The translations under genes were made by a program, and so were the position numbers. DNA of 64,000 nucleotides from Flavobacteriales bacterium (lineage in GTDB: Bacteria > Bacteroidota > Bacteroidia > Palsa-965). This document shows, piece after piece, positions 1-8,666 of this stretch (the first letter of the stretch is position 1; every line of letters starts with the position of its first letter). The notes under the pieces are model-generated. The model was not told the origin of the DNA and made no database searches. It saw only the letters and a program-made list of their open reading frames with translations. The stretch lies in NCBI GenBank assembly GCA_040377305.1, contig JBEIPA010000006.1, positions 64,001 through 128,000 of the forward strand. The letters run 5' to 3'.

Positions 1-220
1 TGTTGGCTTGAATACCTCCAACTTTTGCTGCAGCGAGAAAAACATATTCCGGTTTTTCTTTCGCAAAGAAGTCAGAAACCTGCTGTTGATTGCGTAGATC
101 AACTTCAGAAGAAGTCTTGAAAACAAAATTCGAGAAGCCTTTCGCTACCAGATTGCGGTGAATGGCAGAACCCACCATTCCTCTATGTCCCGCAATGTAA
201 ATCTTCGAATCCTTATTCAT
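1..220 (-). CDS. fcl: GDP-L-fucose synthase, 5' part (runs off window edge)
   Basis: Manual translation from ATG at 220: [24 protein letters not shown]...[14 protein letters not shown]; GxxGxxG Rossmann motif; directly downstream of gmd. Confidence 0.93.
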   Translation of the reverse strand, partial: MNKDSKIYIAGHRGMVGSAIHRNLVAKGFSNFVFKTSSEVDLRNQQQVSDFFAKEKPEYVFLAAAKVGGIQAN

Positions 221-291
221 TGATAAATGACTTGATCATTGAAAATTGAGCGTTGAACATTGAACATTCACTAACAGAGGTGCGTATGGTG

Positions 292-1380
292 CTACTCCTG
301 CGACTGATTCACTTGATGTCCGCCTTCAATTAAATATTTGTCCTTGCTGAACGTTTTCAGATCGGCAGCAACCATTTCGCGACACAATTGCTCAACTGTA
401 ATTTTTGGTTTCCACCCGAAAGCCTTTTCTGCTTTCGACGCATCGCCCACGAGCAAGTCAACCTCAGCAGGACGGTAGTATTTTTCATCAATCTGCACCA
501 GCGTCTTTCCGGTGAGCGTATCAATTCCGCGTTCTTCTGCGCCTTTGCCTTCCCAACGCAGCTGAATACTTGCTTCACTGAATGCCAGTTCAACAAAACG
601 CCGCACAGAAATTTTCTTTCCTGTTGCGAGTACGTAATCGTCTGGCTTGTCCTGTTGCATCATCAGCCACATTCCTTCCACGTAATCTTTCGCGTGACCC
701 CAATCGCGTTCAGCGTCGAGATTACCGAGATAAAGTTTTTCCTGCAAACCAAGTTTAATCTTCGCTGCGGAACGTGTGATTTTACGTGTAACAAAAGTTT
801 CTCCGCGAACAGGGCTCTCGTGGTTAAAGAGAATTCCGTTGCACGTGTACATATCGTATGCTTCGCGATAATTTTTCGTAATCCAATACGCGTAAAGCTT
901 CGCAACTCCGTAAGGGCTGCGTGGATAAAACGGTGTAGTTTCTTTCTGCGGAATTTCCTGTACCAGGCCGTACAACTCAGAAGTTGACGCCTGATAGAAG
1001 CGTGTTTTATTCTCAAGCTTCAGAATTCGGATTGCTTCCAGTAAACGCAAAGTTCCGAGTGCATCCGCATTCGCTGTATACTCGGGAGTTTCAAAAGAAA
1101 CCTTTACATGCGACTGGGCAGCGAGGTTATAGATTTCGTCAGGCTGAACTTCCTGAACAATCCGAATGAGGTTTGTAGAATCTGTGAGGTCACCGTAGTG
1201 CAGGTGAAATCTGCTCCCAGTCTCGTGCGGATCCTGATAAAGGTGATCAATACGTTGAGTGTTGAACAAAGAACTTCTTCTTTTCACTCCATGCACGATG
1301 TACCCTTTGCTGAGCAATAACTCTGCGAGATACATTCCATCCTGTCCGGTAACACCGGTAATCAATGCTGTTTTTGCCAT
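292..1380 (-). CDS. gmd: GDP-mannose 4,6-dehydratase
   Basis: [50 protein letters not shown]; ATG at 1380 preferred over 1395. Confidence 0.97.
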   Translation of the reverse strand: MAKTALITGVTGQDGMYLAELLLSKGYIVHGVKRRSSLFNTQRIDHLYQDPHETGSRFHLHYGDLTDSTNLIRIVQEVQPDEIYNLAAQSHVKVSFETPEYTANADALGTLRLLEAIRILKLENKTRFYQASTSELYGLVQEIPQKETTPFYPRSPYGVAKLYAYWITKNYREAYDMYTCNGILFNHESPVRGETFVTRKITRSAAKIKLGLQEKLYLGNLDAERDWGHAKDYVEGMWLMMQQDKPDDYVLATGKKISVRRFVELAFSEASIQLRWEGKGAEERGIDTLTGKTLVQIDEKYYRPAEVDLLVGDASKAEKAFGWKPKITVEQLCREMVAADLKTFSKDKYLIEGGHQVNQSQE

Positions 1381-1392
1381 AATATAGTCGGT

Positions 1393-1400
1393 CAAAATTA
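1393..1400 (-). promoter_or_regulatory. Bacteroidota -7 promoter element (TAATTTTG) for gmd-fcl
   Basis: Matches TAnnTTTG on the minus strand 12 nt before the ATG. Confidence 0.55.
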
Positions 1401-1429
1401 CACTTAACTCCGGTAATTACGTTGGAAAA

Positions 1430-3151
1430 TCAGCGTATGATTGTGATCTGTCCGGTAATAGCAACCTCTGCGCCCTCAGTTGAGTTCAGGGTGTAGTAAT
1501 ACGATCCGGATGGCAGATAATTACCGTTAAAGTCGCGACCGTCCCAGGAAGCTGTTAAATCACTGCTTGCATAAACCGGCTGCCCCCACATGTTATAAAT
1601 TCTCCAATCCCCTTTTTTGATACAATCCGCATTTTGGATGGTGATATAATCATTCGTAGTGCTGTTGGGCGACATATAATTTGGAATGATCGGGATACAA
1701 CTCGATGAAATCGCACCTACAGTAGTAATTGAATCATTGACGTAATTGAAGCAGGTTACATCCAGTCGCACTACAAATCCATCTTTCAGTCCGTACGACG
1801 TTTCTGAATAAGGTCCGAAAGTACTATTCGGTCCATCAAAATATCCAACCGCGTAAACCTTGCAATCGTTCGTTGCTTCTACGCCATAACCGCGATCTTC
1901 TCCTGGACTACCAGCTTGCTGTACCCAACGCCATTTTCCGGCCGTGTCAATTCCAGCGACGAACGCCTGAATTCCATCAAGACCCGTGGAGAACGACAAG
2001 CTGTCGCCAAATTGCACATTTGACCCTTGCGTTTGTCCGGTTACATAAATGCAATGCTGATTGTTGGATGCGATGGATCGCCCGCATTCTCCCCCATCGT
2101 CCGATCCGGCTTTCGTGGCCCACTTCCATCCGCCGTTAATGTCCATCTTCGCTACGAAAATGTCTTTGCCACCGGGACCGCCGTTGTTATTCAGCGTATC
2201 GCCATCGAAATTACATTCAGCGCGGAATTCTCCGGTAACGTACAAATACCCGTCGGCTCCACACGTAATACCATTCGCACGATCATCGTTGTAACCACCG
2301 ACCTGATTCACCCACTGAAAATTCCCATTGGAGTCGAACTTCGTTACAAATATGTCGCGACTGTTCGAGTTCGAGTTAAGCGGAATTGGTCCGAACATTT
2401 GATTCTGCCCATAGAATCCTCCAGCGATATAAATTCCACCAGCGTTGTCAATTGCGATATCGTTATCCCGCTGCACATCCGCACCATCAAAAGTTCGCAC
2501 CCACATCCACGTTCCGGTTGATGAAAGCTTAGCGAGGAATGCAATGGAATCGGAGTAAGAAAAGGGTGTAAGGTTTCCGAACTGTGCCGTACAAGTTGGA
2601 GGGCCATAATGAGTAGAGAGAAAACCGGTAACATAAATATCTCCGTTCTGATCTGTAACCATATCGAATGCGTGGTCATCTCCTTGTCCCCCGCCTGTAA
2701 CAGCCCAAATAAGTGCACCGGTCGGGCTATACTTGATAATGAACGGACTATCTGCAGAGCCTTGCAAATTATACGGACCAACTACCATACTCGACCAAAA
2801 TGTTCCGCAGATGAGAACGTTGTCGTCTTTGTCAACGTGAACGCCAAGCGCGCGATCGTCAAGCCCGCTGTTGCAGTAATTCGCCCACAGATAATTTCCG
2901 TTAGGATCTTGTTTCGCCAGAAATGCATCTTTACTGGAACTCCCGCTTCCGGTCACAATAGATCCGAATGTTCCGGTGCCATTAAAAAATCCACACGAGT
3001 AAACAGAGCCGTCAGAACCTAAAGCAACGTCAAGTGCTTTGTCAGAACTTGTGTTCCCGCAATTGTTGGCCCAATTCCAGATAGGTCCTTGGGCTGATAA
3101 ACAAAAGGCGAGCAGGCTAAATGCAAAACTGAGGAAGTAACGGCGCGTCAT
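1430..3151 (-). CDS. Secreted SBBP-repeat beta-propeller protein with T9SS type B (gliding-motility-associated) C-terminal domain
   Basis: Signal peptide; repeated D..GNIYVTG.F / D.F..K.D..G...W units; C-terminus IPNYMSPN...IYNMWGQPVY...WDG...SGSYYY. Confidence 0.85.
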   Translation of the reverse strand: MTRRYFLSFAFSLLAFCLSAQGPIWNWANNCGNTSSDKALDVALGSDGSVYSCGFFNGTGTFGSIVTGSGSSSKDAFLAKQDPNGNYLWANYCNSGLDDRALGVHVDKDDNVLICGTFWSSMVVGPYNLQGSADSPFIIKYSPTGALIWAVTGGGQGDDHAFDMVTDQNGDIYVTGFLSTHYGPPTCTAQFGNLTPFSYSDSIAFLAKLSSTGTWMWVRTFDGADVQRDNDIAIDNAGGIYIAGGFYGQNQMFGPIPLNSNSNSRDIFVTKFDSNGNFQWVNQVGGYNDDRANGITCGADGYLYVTGEFRAECNFDGDTLNNNGGPGGKDIFVAKMDINGGWKWATKAGSDDGGECGRSIASNNQHCIYVTGQTQGSNVQFGDSLSFSTGLDGIQAFVAGIDTAGKWRWVQQAGSPGEDRGYGVEATNDCKVYAVGYFDGPNSTFGPYSETSYGLKDGFVVRLDVTCFNYVNDSITTVGAISSSCIPIIPNYMSPNSTTNDYITIQNADCIKKGDWRIYNMWGQPVYASSDLTASWDGRDFNGNYLPSGSYYYTLNSTEGAEVAITGQITIIR

Positions 3152-3266
3152 GTTAACCGAAAGTTAACTAAAAAGTCTCAGGTCCCTAAGTGGTTAAGCA
3201 GGCGAATCCTTTTCTTCAGCCGGGAACCCCAATGTCATTAAGTTGTGATTATTCGAAATTCACGCT

Positions 3267-3404
3267 CGTGAGCTGAAGCTCACGGCGATCACGTCTATCT
3301 CATAACAAATTGGGTGCAAGAGGGAAAAATGGCGTTGCCATTTTTCCCTCTTGCACTAAAACAAGTGAAGAACAAAAGATCGCCGTTCGGCTTCAGCCAA
3401 CGGC
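3267..3404. repeat. REP/REPIN-like composite: two GCTGAAGC-centred palindromes in inverted orientation flanking a perfect 20-bp hairpin
   Basis: cgtgagc-tgaa-gctcacg (3267-3284); gtgcaagagggaaaaatggc-gtt-gccatttttccctcttgcac (3314-3356); gccgttcggc-ttca-gccaacggc (3382-3404). Confidence 0.8.
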
Positions 3405-3489
3405 ACTTATCTGAACTAGCGATAAGTATTGTGAACTTCATGAAATTGGTAGAATTCCGTTGTCGCGAAAAAGGAAAAGACTCCACTTT

Positions 3490-4266
3490 CTACTGGATAG
3501 TCGCGAGAAACCAAGGATTCCTCAACTGCTCGCGGTTGTAACGCAATTCCGTCTTTTCCGGCCAAACGACCACACTTCCACCTGCAGCAAGTAAAATTGC
3601 ATGCCCGGCAGCAGTATCCCATTCCATAGTTGGTGCGAATCGTGGATACGAGTGTGCTTTCCCTTCTGCCACGAGACAGAATTTCAGCGATGATCCTGAA
3701 GCAGCGAAATCAACTTCGCCATGTTTTGCTTTCATCTCATCGATGTAAGCTTCCGTTTCTGGTGAACTGTGAGAGCGGGAACCGACGATGGTGAATGCTG
3801 GCGGCAGTTCTTGCGCTGGTAATCTTTCTTCTGGCGAATTTCCAGCTACCGATTTACGAATGTATGCTCCCTCGCCCGGAATGGAATAATACAATTCGTC
3901 GCGGGCGGGAACATAAATGACTCCGAAAATAGGTTTCGAATTTTCCACGAGCGCAATGTTGACTGTGAACTCCCCATTCCGTTTGATAAACTCTTTTGTT
4001 CCGTCAAGTGGATCGACCACCCAACACCGCGTCCACGATTTGCGAACAACAAACTCAACCTGCTCATCGCTTTCCTCACTCAATACCGGAATGTTAGTTT
4101 TCTCCAGATATTTCATAATCACTTTCTGTGAAGCAATATCCGCTTTTGTCAAAGGAGAATTGTCACCTTTCATCTCAACACCAAAATCTTCAGTGCTATA
4201 GATTTTCATGATTTCATGTCCGGCTTCGATCGACGCAGCGATTGCAATTTCAACGAGATTCTTCAC
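3490..4266 (-). CDS. cysQ: 3'(2'),5'-bisphosphate nucleotidase
   Basis: KGDNSPLTKAD, LSEE, WVVDPLDGTKEFI, GSSLKFCLVAEG, TMEWDTAAG. Confidence 0.95.
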   Translation of the reverse strand: MKNLVEIAIAASIEAGHEIMKIYSTEDFGVEMKGDNSPLTKADIASQKVIMKYLEKTNIPVLSEESDEQVEFVVRKSWTRCWVVDPLDGTKEFIKRNGEFTVNIALVENSKPIFGVIYVPARDELYYSIPGEGAYIRKSVAGNSPEERLPAQELPPAFTIVGSRSHSSPETEAYIDEMKAKHGEVDFAASGSSLKFCLVAEGKAHSYPRFAPTMEWDTAAGHAILLAAGGSVVVWPEKTELRYNREQLRNPWFLATIQ

Positions 4267-4269
4267 AGA

Positions 4270-5151
4270 CTAATATTTTGCCCCACCAACTCCGATATTC
4301 TCAATCGGGTGCCAGGTTGTTTTAATTTCCTGCAGATCCATGATCATGTACGGATCCTGACTCGCAGCATTGTTCCAGTTCTTATTCCAATGGAAGAATC
4401 GTTTCACATTCGACACACACGCTTCCTGAGCCGATTTGATTTCTGTTTTATCGTTCGAGCAATACACAAGCGCATTCACGTCCATGTGTGAAGCCATGTG
4501 AGGCAAAAGTTCTTTCGAATTTCCCGTGAGAATATTTATTACGCCACCGGGAAGATCAGATGTGGCCAGCACTTCTCCGAATGTAATCGAACACAACGGC
4601 ATTTTCTCCGAAGCAAGAACGATGCACACATTTCCTCCTGCGATTACGGGAGCAATTACGGAAACCAATCCGATGAGCGAAGAATCCTGCGGAGCTACAA
4701 TAGCTACTACTCCTGTCGCTTCAGGAACAGAAAAGTTGAAGTGAGACGATTGCACCGGATTCACAGAACTGTAAACGGCAGAATACTTGTCACACCAGCC
4801 TGCGTAATACACCATGCGGTCAATGGCGAGCTTCACTTCTTTTTCCGCAATCGCTTTTGTAGTTCCCTGCAAAATCAATTCTTCTACGAATTGTGCAGAA
4901 CGTGTTTCCATCATCTCTGCAATGCGGTAAAGAATCTGACTTCGGTTGTAGCCATTGCGTGCGCTCCATCCGCCAAATGCTCCGCGAGCAGAAACAACGG
5001 CATTACGGAAATCCTTGCGTGATGAAAGACAAATGTTCGCAATCACATTTTTCTTCTTGTCCGTCAATGGATAATAACGCCCTGATTCGGTTCTCGGAAA
5101 TTGTCCGCCGATGTAAAGCTTATACGTCTTGAGAATTTCTATTCTGCTCAT
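4270..5151 (-). CDS. Truncated aldehyde dehydrogenase-like protein (NAD-binding/oligomerisation part only, no catalytic domain)
   Basis: KTYKLYIGGQFPRTESGR, YYAGWCDK, LPGGVINILTG; no ELGGK or catalytic Cys motif; ATG at 5151. Confidence 0.85.
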   Translation of the reverse strand: MSRIEILKTYKLYIGGQFPRTESGRYYPLTDKKKNVIANICLSSRKDFRNAVVSARGAFGGWSARNGYNRSQILYRIAEMMETRSAQFVEELILQGTTKAIAEKEVKLAIDRMVYYAGWCDKYSAVYSSVNPVQSSHFNFSVPEATGVVAIVAPQDSSLIGLVSVIAPVIAGGNVCIVLASEKMPLCSITFGEVLATSDLPGGVINILTGNSKELLPHMASHMDVNALVYCSNDKTEIKSAQEACVSNVKRFFHWNKNWNNAASQDPYMIMDLQEIKTTWHPIENIGVGGAKY

Positions 5152-5166
5152 ATCGTGATTTTTTTT

Positions 5167-5321
5167 AACCACATAGGATCATAGCCCGTTGTTTTCTTGT
5201 TGGGCGAAAGAATTACATAGTTCACAGGAGAAATATCGCTTAGCGATATTCTCCTGTGAACTATGATCGCGTAGCGCCTTAGCACGCAACGCAATTAACA
5301 TTTCTATGATCCTATGTGGTT
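5167..5321. repeat. Nested inverted-repeat element
   Basis: Outer arms aaccacataggatcatag / ctatgatcctatgtggtt; inner near-perfect hairpin catagttcacaggagaaatatcgct-t-agcgatattctcctgtgaactatg. Confidence 0.85.
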
Positions 5322-5324
5322 TCA

Positions 5325-6806
5325 TTACATTTTTAAGTATGCTGATAATCCGTGCAAGCCGCCTTCGCGACCGAAACCGCTTTCCTTATAGCCGCCAAAT
5401 GGTGAAGTTGGATCAAACTTGTTATACGTATTTGCCCAGACAACACCAGCGCGTAGTTTATTGGTCATGTTGAAAATGCGAGAACCTTTGTCGGTCCAAA
5501 CTCCGGCTGACAATCCGTAAGGTGTATTGTTCGCCTTCTCAATAACTTCTTCTATCGTACGGAAAGTCTGAATGGCGAGAACCGGCCCGAAAATTTCCTC
5601 CTGAACAATTCGGTGCGACTGTGATGCGTTCAAAAAAAGTGTTGGGCGACAGAAATATCCCTTCGATGGAATTGCGCATGAACTCTGCCACATTTCTGCT
5701 CCGTCTTCTTTTCCAACTTTCAGGTAGTGATTGATTTTGTCGAGCTGTTCCCTGGAATTGATTGCGCCGATGTCGGTATTCTTATCCAATGGATCGCCGA
5801 CAATCAGTGTTTCCATTCTGTCTTTCAGTTTGCGGATAAGTTTTTCCGCAATACCCTCCTGCACGAACAAGCGCGAGCCTGCACAACACACGTGACCTTG
5901 ATTAAAGAAAATTCCGTTGATGATTCCTTCTACGGCCTGATCAAGTGGAGCATCATCGAAAACAATATTCGCTGCTTTTCCACCCAGTTCGAGCGTCAAT
6001 TTCTTTCCGGTTCCGGCTGTTGCTTTCTGAATGAGCTTACCAACATCGGTTGATCCGGTGAACGCAATTTTATTTACATCAGGATGATTCACCAATGCCG
6101 CGCCCGCATCGCCGAAACCATTTACGATATTCACAACACCCGGAGGCAATCCCGAATCACGGATTATTTCCGCAAGCTTCAATGCTGTAAGCGGTGTTGA
6201 TTCCGCAGGCTTTAGTACAACGGTATTTCCGCAAGCAAGTGCCGGTGCAATTTTCCATGCTGCCATGAGCAAAGGAAAATTCCACGGAATAATTTGTCCC
6301 GCTACGCCAAGCGATTCCGGTTTACGATTCGGGAATGCATAGTCGAGCTTATCCGCCCATCCGGCGTAGTAGAAAAAGTGTGCGGCGGCCAACGGCACGT
6401 CAATGTCGCGAGACTCACGGATAGACTTTCCTCCATCCATTGTTTCAATCACCGCGAGCTCACGTGCACGTTCCTGTATCATGCGTGCAATGCGGAACAA
6501 ATATTTCCCGCGCTCGGACGCAGGCATTTTCTTCCACACCTTGTTGTAAGCTCCGCGCGCAGCTTTCACCGCTTTGTCAATGTCTTTCGCGTCACCTTTC
6601 GCAACTTCCGCGAGTGCCTTTTCCGTGGAAGGACTATACGTCGTATAATACTTCCCCGACGATGGAGCAACAAATTCTCCATTGATGAAATGTCCGTACT
6701 TCTTTTCGAGGCGAATGTGGTCGGTGCTTTCCGGAGCGGCTACATATCCCCACTTGTTGAAATCCAATTTCACTTCAACACTCTTCTTTGTCTTTGTACT
6801 CATCAT
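5325..6806 (-). CDS. Aldehyde dehydrogenase (catalytically complete)
   Basis: IIPWNFP, LKPAE, FTGST, LELGGK (catalytic Glu), FFNQGHVCCAGS (catalytic Cys), EEIFGPV, PFGGYKESG. Confidence 0.95.
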   Translation of the reverse strand: MMSTKTKKSVEVKLDFNKWGYVAAPESTDHIRLEKKYGHFINGEFVAPSSGKYYTTYSPSTEKALAEVAKGDAKDIDKAVKAARGAYNKVWKKMPASERGKYLFRIARMIQERARELAVIETMDGGKSIRESRDIDVPLAAAHFFYYAGWADKLDYAFPNRKPESLGVAGQIIPWNFPLLMAAWKIAPALACGNTVVLKPAESTPLTALKLAEIIRDSGLPPGVVNIVNGFGDAGAALVNHPDVNKIAFTGSTDVGKLIQKATAGTGKKLTLELGGKAANIVFDDAPLDQAVEGIINGIFFNQGHVCCAGSRLFVQEGIAEKLIRKLKDRMETLIVGDPLDKNTDIGAINSREQLDKINHYLKVGKEDGAEMWQSSCAIPSKGYFCRPTLFLNASQSHRIVQEEIFGPVLAIQTFRTIEEVIEKANNTPYGLSAGVWTDKGSRIFNMTNKLRAGVVWANTYNKFDPTSPFGGYKESGFGREGGLHGLSAYLKM

Positions 6807-7706
6807 TTAATCTTTTGAAAAATATTCCGGTCCCTGATAAATGCCGCTTGCTTCTTTCGCCAGCTGCATCAATATATCGTTCGCTAAACTACTCGCACCA
6901 AAACGGAACCACTGATTGCTCATCCATGCATTCCCAAGTGTTTCATTCACCATTACGAGATAATTCAACGCCGATTTAGCAGTAGAAATTCCTCCGGCAG
7001 GTTTCATTCCGATCATGATTCCGGTTTCGTAATAGTAATCGCGAATTGCTTCGAGCATGACTAATGTCACAGGTTGCGTGGCTGCAGGTTGAATTTTGCC
7101 GGTAGACGTTTTAATGAAGTCCGCACCTGCTCGCATGGCAATTTCACTTGCGCGACGAACATTGTCCAGCGTAGAAAGTTCTCCCGTCTCGAGAATCACT
7201 TTCAATCTGGCAGCACCACAGGCCGCTTTTACTTCAGCGATTTCGTCAAATACGTAATTGTAATTTCCAGCGAGAAATTCTCCGCGGGAAATTACCATGT
7301 CCACTTCGTCTGCACCGTTATCTACTGCGAACTTTGTGTCTTTGATTTTGATATCGCGCGTAGATTGTCCGGAAGGAAATGCAGTTGCAACGGAAGCAAC
7401 TTTCACTCCAGAATTTCCGAGTTCCTTTTTCGCGAGTCCCACGAAAGTCGGATATACGCACACTGCTGCTACAGTTGGTAAACCTTCCAGTTCATCGTGC
7501 GGATGCATGGCCTTGTAACACATCTGCCGCACTTTTCCTGCCGTGTCTTTCCCTTCCAGTGTGGTGAGGTCAATCATGTTCAAGGCAAGTTTTAATCCTT
7601 GCACTTTCGCCGCTTTTTTGATGCTCCGCGTATTCAATCGGGCAACACGTTCTTCGACGCTTACCTGGTCGATGTTGGGGGTGTTCGAAAAGTCCAATTT
7701 ACTCAT
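6807..7706 (-). CDS. deoC: Deoxyribose-phosphate aldolase (long form)
   Basis: IDLTTL, AAVCVYP, GADEVDMV, LKVILETGEL, GADFIKTSTGK, KPAGGI, RFGASSL. Confidence 0.95.
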   Translation of the reverse strand: MSKLDFSNTPNIDQVSVEERVARLNTRSIKKAAKVQGLKLALNMIDLTTLEGKDTAGKVRQMCYKAMHPHDELEGLPTVAAVCVYPTFVGLAKKELGNSGVKVASVATAFPSGQSTRDIKIKDTKFAVDNGADEVDMVISRGEFLAGNYNYVFDEIAEVKAACGAARLKVILETGELSTLDNVRRASEIAMRAGADFIKTSTGKIQPAATQPVTLVMLEAIRDYYYETGIMIGMKPAGGISTAKSALNYLVMVNETLGNAWMSNQWFRFGASSLANDILMQLAKEASGIYQGPEYFSKD

Positions 7707-7711
7707 CAAAA

Positions 7712-7719
7712 CAAATGTA
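7712..7719 (-). promoter_or_regulatory. -7 promoter element (TACATTTG) for the deoC operon
   Basis: Exact TAnnTTTG on the minus strand 5 nt before the ATG. Confidence 0.65.
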
Positions 7720-7728
7720 CGGTTTCAA

Positions 7729-7833
7729 GGGATTGGGGTATTGGGGGATTAGGGGATTTAGGCGTATGAACGCATCGCCTACTCCTTGTAGCCCAAATTC
7801 CCCAACTCCTTAATCCCCTAATCCCCTAATCCC
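7729..7833. repeat. Inverted array of degenerate 8-9-mer G-rich repeats (GGGGATTA-like)
   Basis: gggattggggtattgggggattaggggatttagg versus cccaaattccccaactccttaatcccctaatcccctaatccc. Confidence 0.85.
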
Positions 7834-7842
7834 TATTTTTAT

Positions 7843-7850
7843 TACATTTG
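7843..7850 (+). promoter_or_regulatory. -7 promoter element (TACATTTG) for leader-cysCDN
   Basis: Exact TAnnTTTG 11 nt before the leader ATG. Confidence 0.7.
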
Positions 7851-7861
7851 TGCCCACAGCA

Positions 7862-7933
7862 ATGAAAAACAATTCCGCTATCTATAAATCACTTCTCAAG
7901 ACCATGTCTTGCTGTATGTGTATTTCCCGGTAA
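7862..7933 (+). CDS. Putative Cys/Met-rich attenuator leader peptide (23 aa, MKNNSAIYKSLLKTMSCCMCISR)
   Basis: Manual translation; ATG TCT TGC TGT ATG TGT cluster; lies between the promoter and a terminator upstream of cysC. Confidence 0.8.
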   Translation: MKNNSAIYKSLLKTMSCCMCISR

Positions 7934-8005
7934 GAAAGACTGAATTGCTGTTTAATTTTTTCAGAGGAGGTCTTTCAGGTAACAGAGAAAGGCCTTTTGT
8001 ATTTT
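7934..8005 (+). promoter_or_regulatory. Transcription attenuator (antiterminator/terminator pair)
   Basis: Terminator stem aggtctttc (7968-7976) / gaaaggcct (7987-7995) followed by tttgtatttt; competing gaaagac (7934-7940) is the exact complement of gtctttc (7970-7976). Confidence 0.75.
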
Positions 8006-8605
8006 ATGTCGCACAACGAAAATATACATCCAACATTTGAACGATTTCTTCGTCGGGAAGACCGGGAAGATATGCTCGGTCAGCACGCGAAAGTAATTTG
8101 GCTAACAGGCTTGTCCGGTTCAGGAAAAACTACGCTTGCCATTGCGCTTGAACAGCAATTGTCCGACGAAGGCAAACTGGTCTACGTACTGGATGGAGAT
8201 AACGTTCGTACAGGAATCAACAGCAATCTCGGATTTTCTGAAGAAGACCGGAAAGAAAATGTACGGCGCATTGCGGAAGTGGCGAAGCTTTTTGCTGATG
8301 CAGGTGTAATTACGATCTGCTGTTTTGTGAGTCCGACCATTGAAATCCGGGAACTCGCGAAAAAAATTATCGGTGAACAGGACTTTCTTGAAGTGTATGT
8401 AAATGCTTCGTTGGAGTCGTGCGAAAAACGTGATGTGAAAGGATTGTATGCAAAGGCGAGAAGTGGCGAACTGAAAGATTTCACTGGAATTCATCAACCG
8501 TTTGAAGCCCCGCTTAACCCTTGGATGGAAATCAAAACAGACACTCAAACTTTAGAGGAGTCTATAGCACAACTTACCGAAGCTGTTCAGAATAGAACTT
8601 ATTGA
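8006..8605 (+). CDS. cysC: Adenylyl-sulfate kinase
   Basis: IWLTGLSGSGKTT, LDGDNVR, RDVKGLY, FTGI..PFEAP; ATG at 8006. Confidence 0.96.
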   Translation: MSHNENIHPTFERFLRREDREDMLGQHAKVIWLTGLSGSGKTTLAIALEQQLSDEGKLVYVLDGDNVRTGINSNLGFSEEDRKENVRRIAEVAKLFADAGVITICCFVSPTIEIRELAKKIIGEQDFLEVYVNASLESCEKRDVKGLYAKARSGELKDFTGIHQPFEAPLNPWMEIKTDTQTLEESIAQLTEAVQNRTY

Positions 8606-8666
8606 TACAATGAAGTCCTGACGTTGATAGTCAGGATTCACGAATTTAAGATTGATAATAATTGCC

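Noticed and set aside
3295-3541. Short ORFs 3295-3486 (-) and 3314-3541 (+)
   Set aside because: They run through palindromic repeats and have no protein-like features.
7729-7833. Short repeat arrays as a possible CRISPR or telomere-like sequence
   Set aside because: No constant repeat with unique spacers and no cas genes; the units are degenerate 8-9-mers forming a hairpin.
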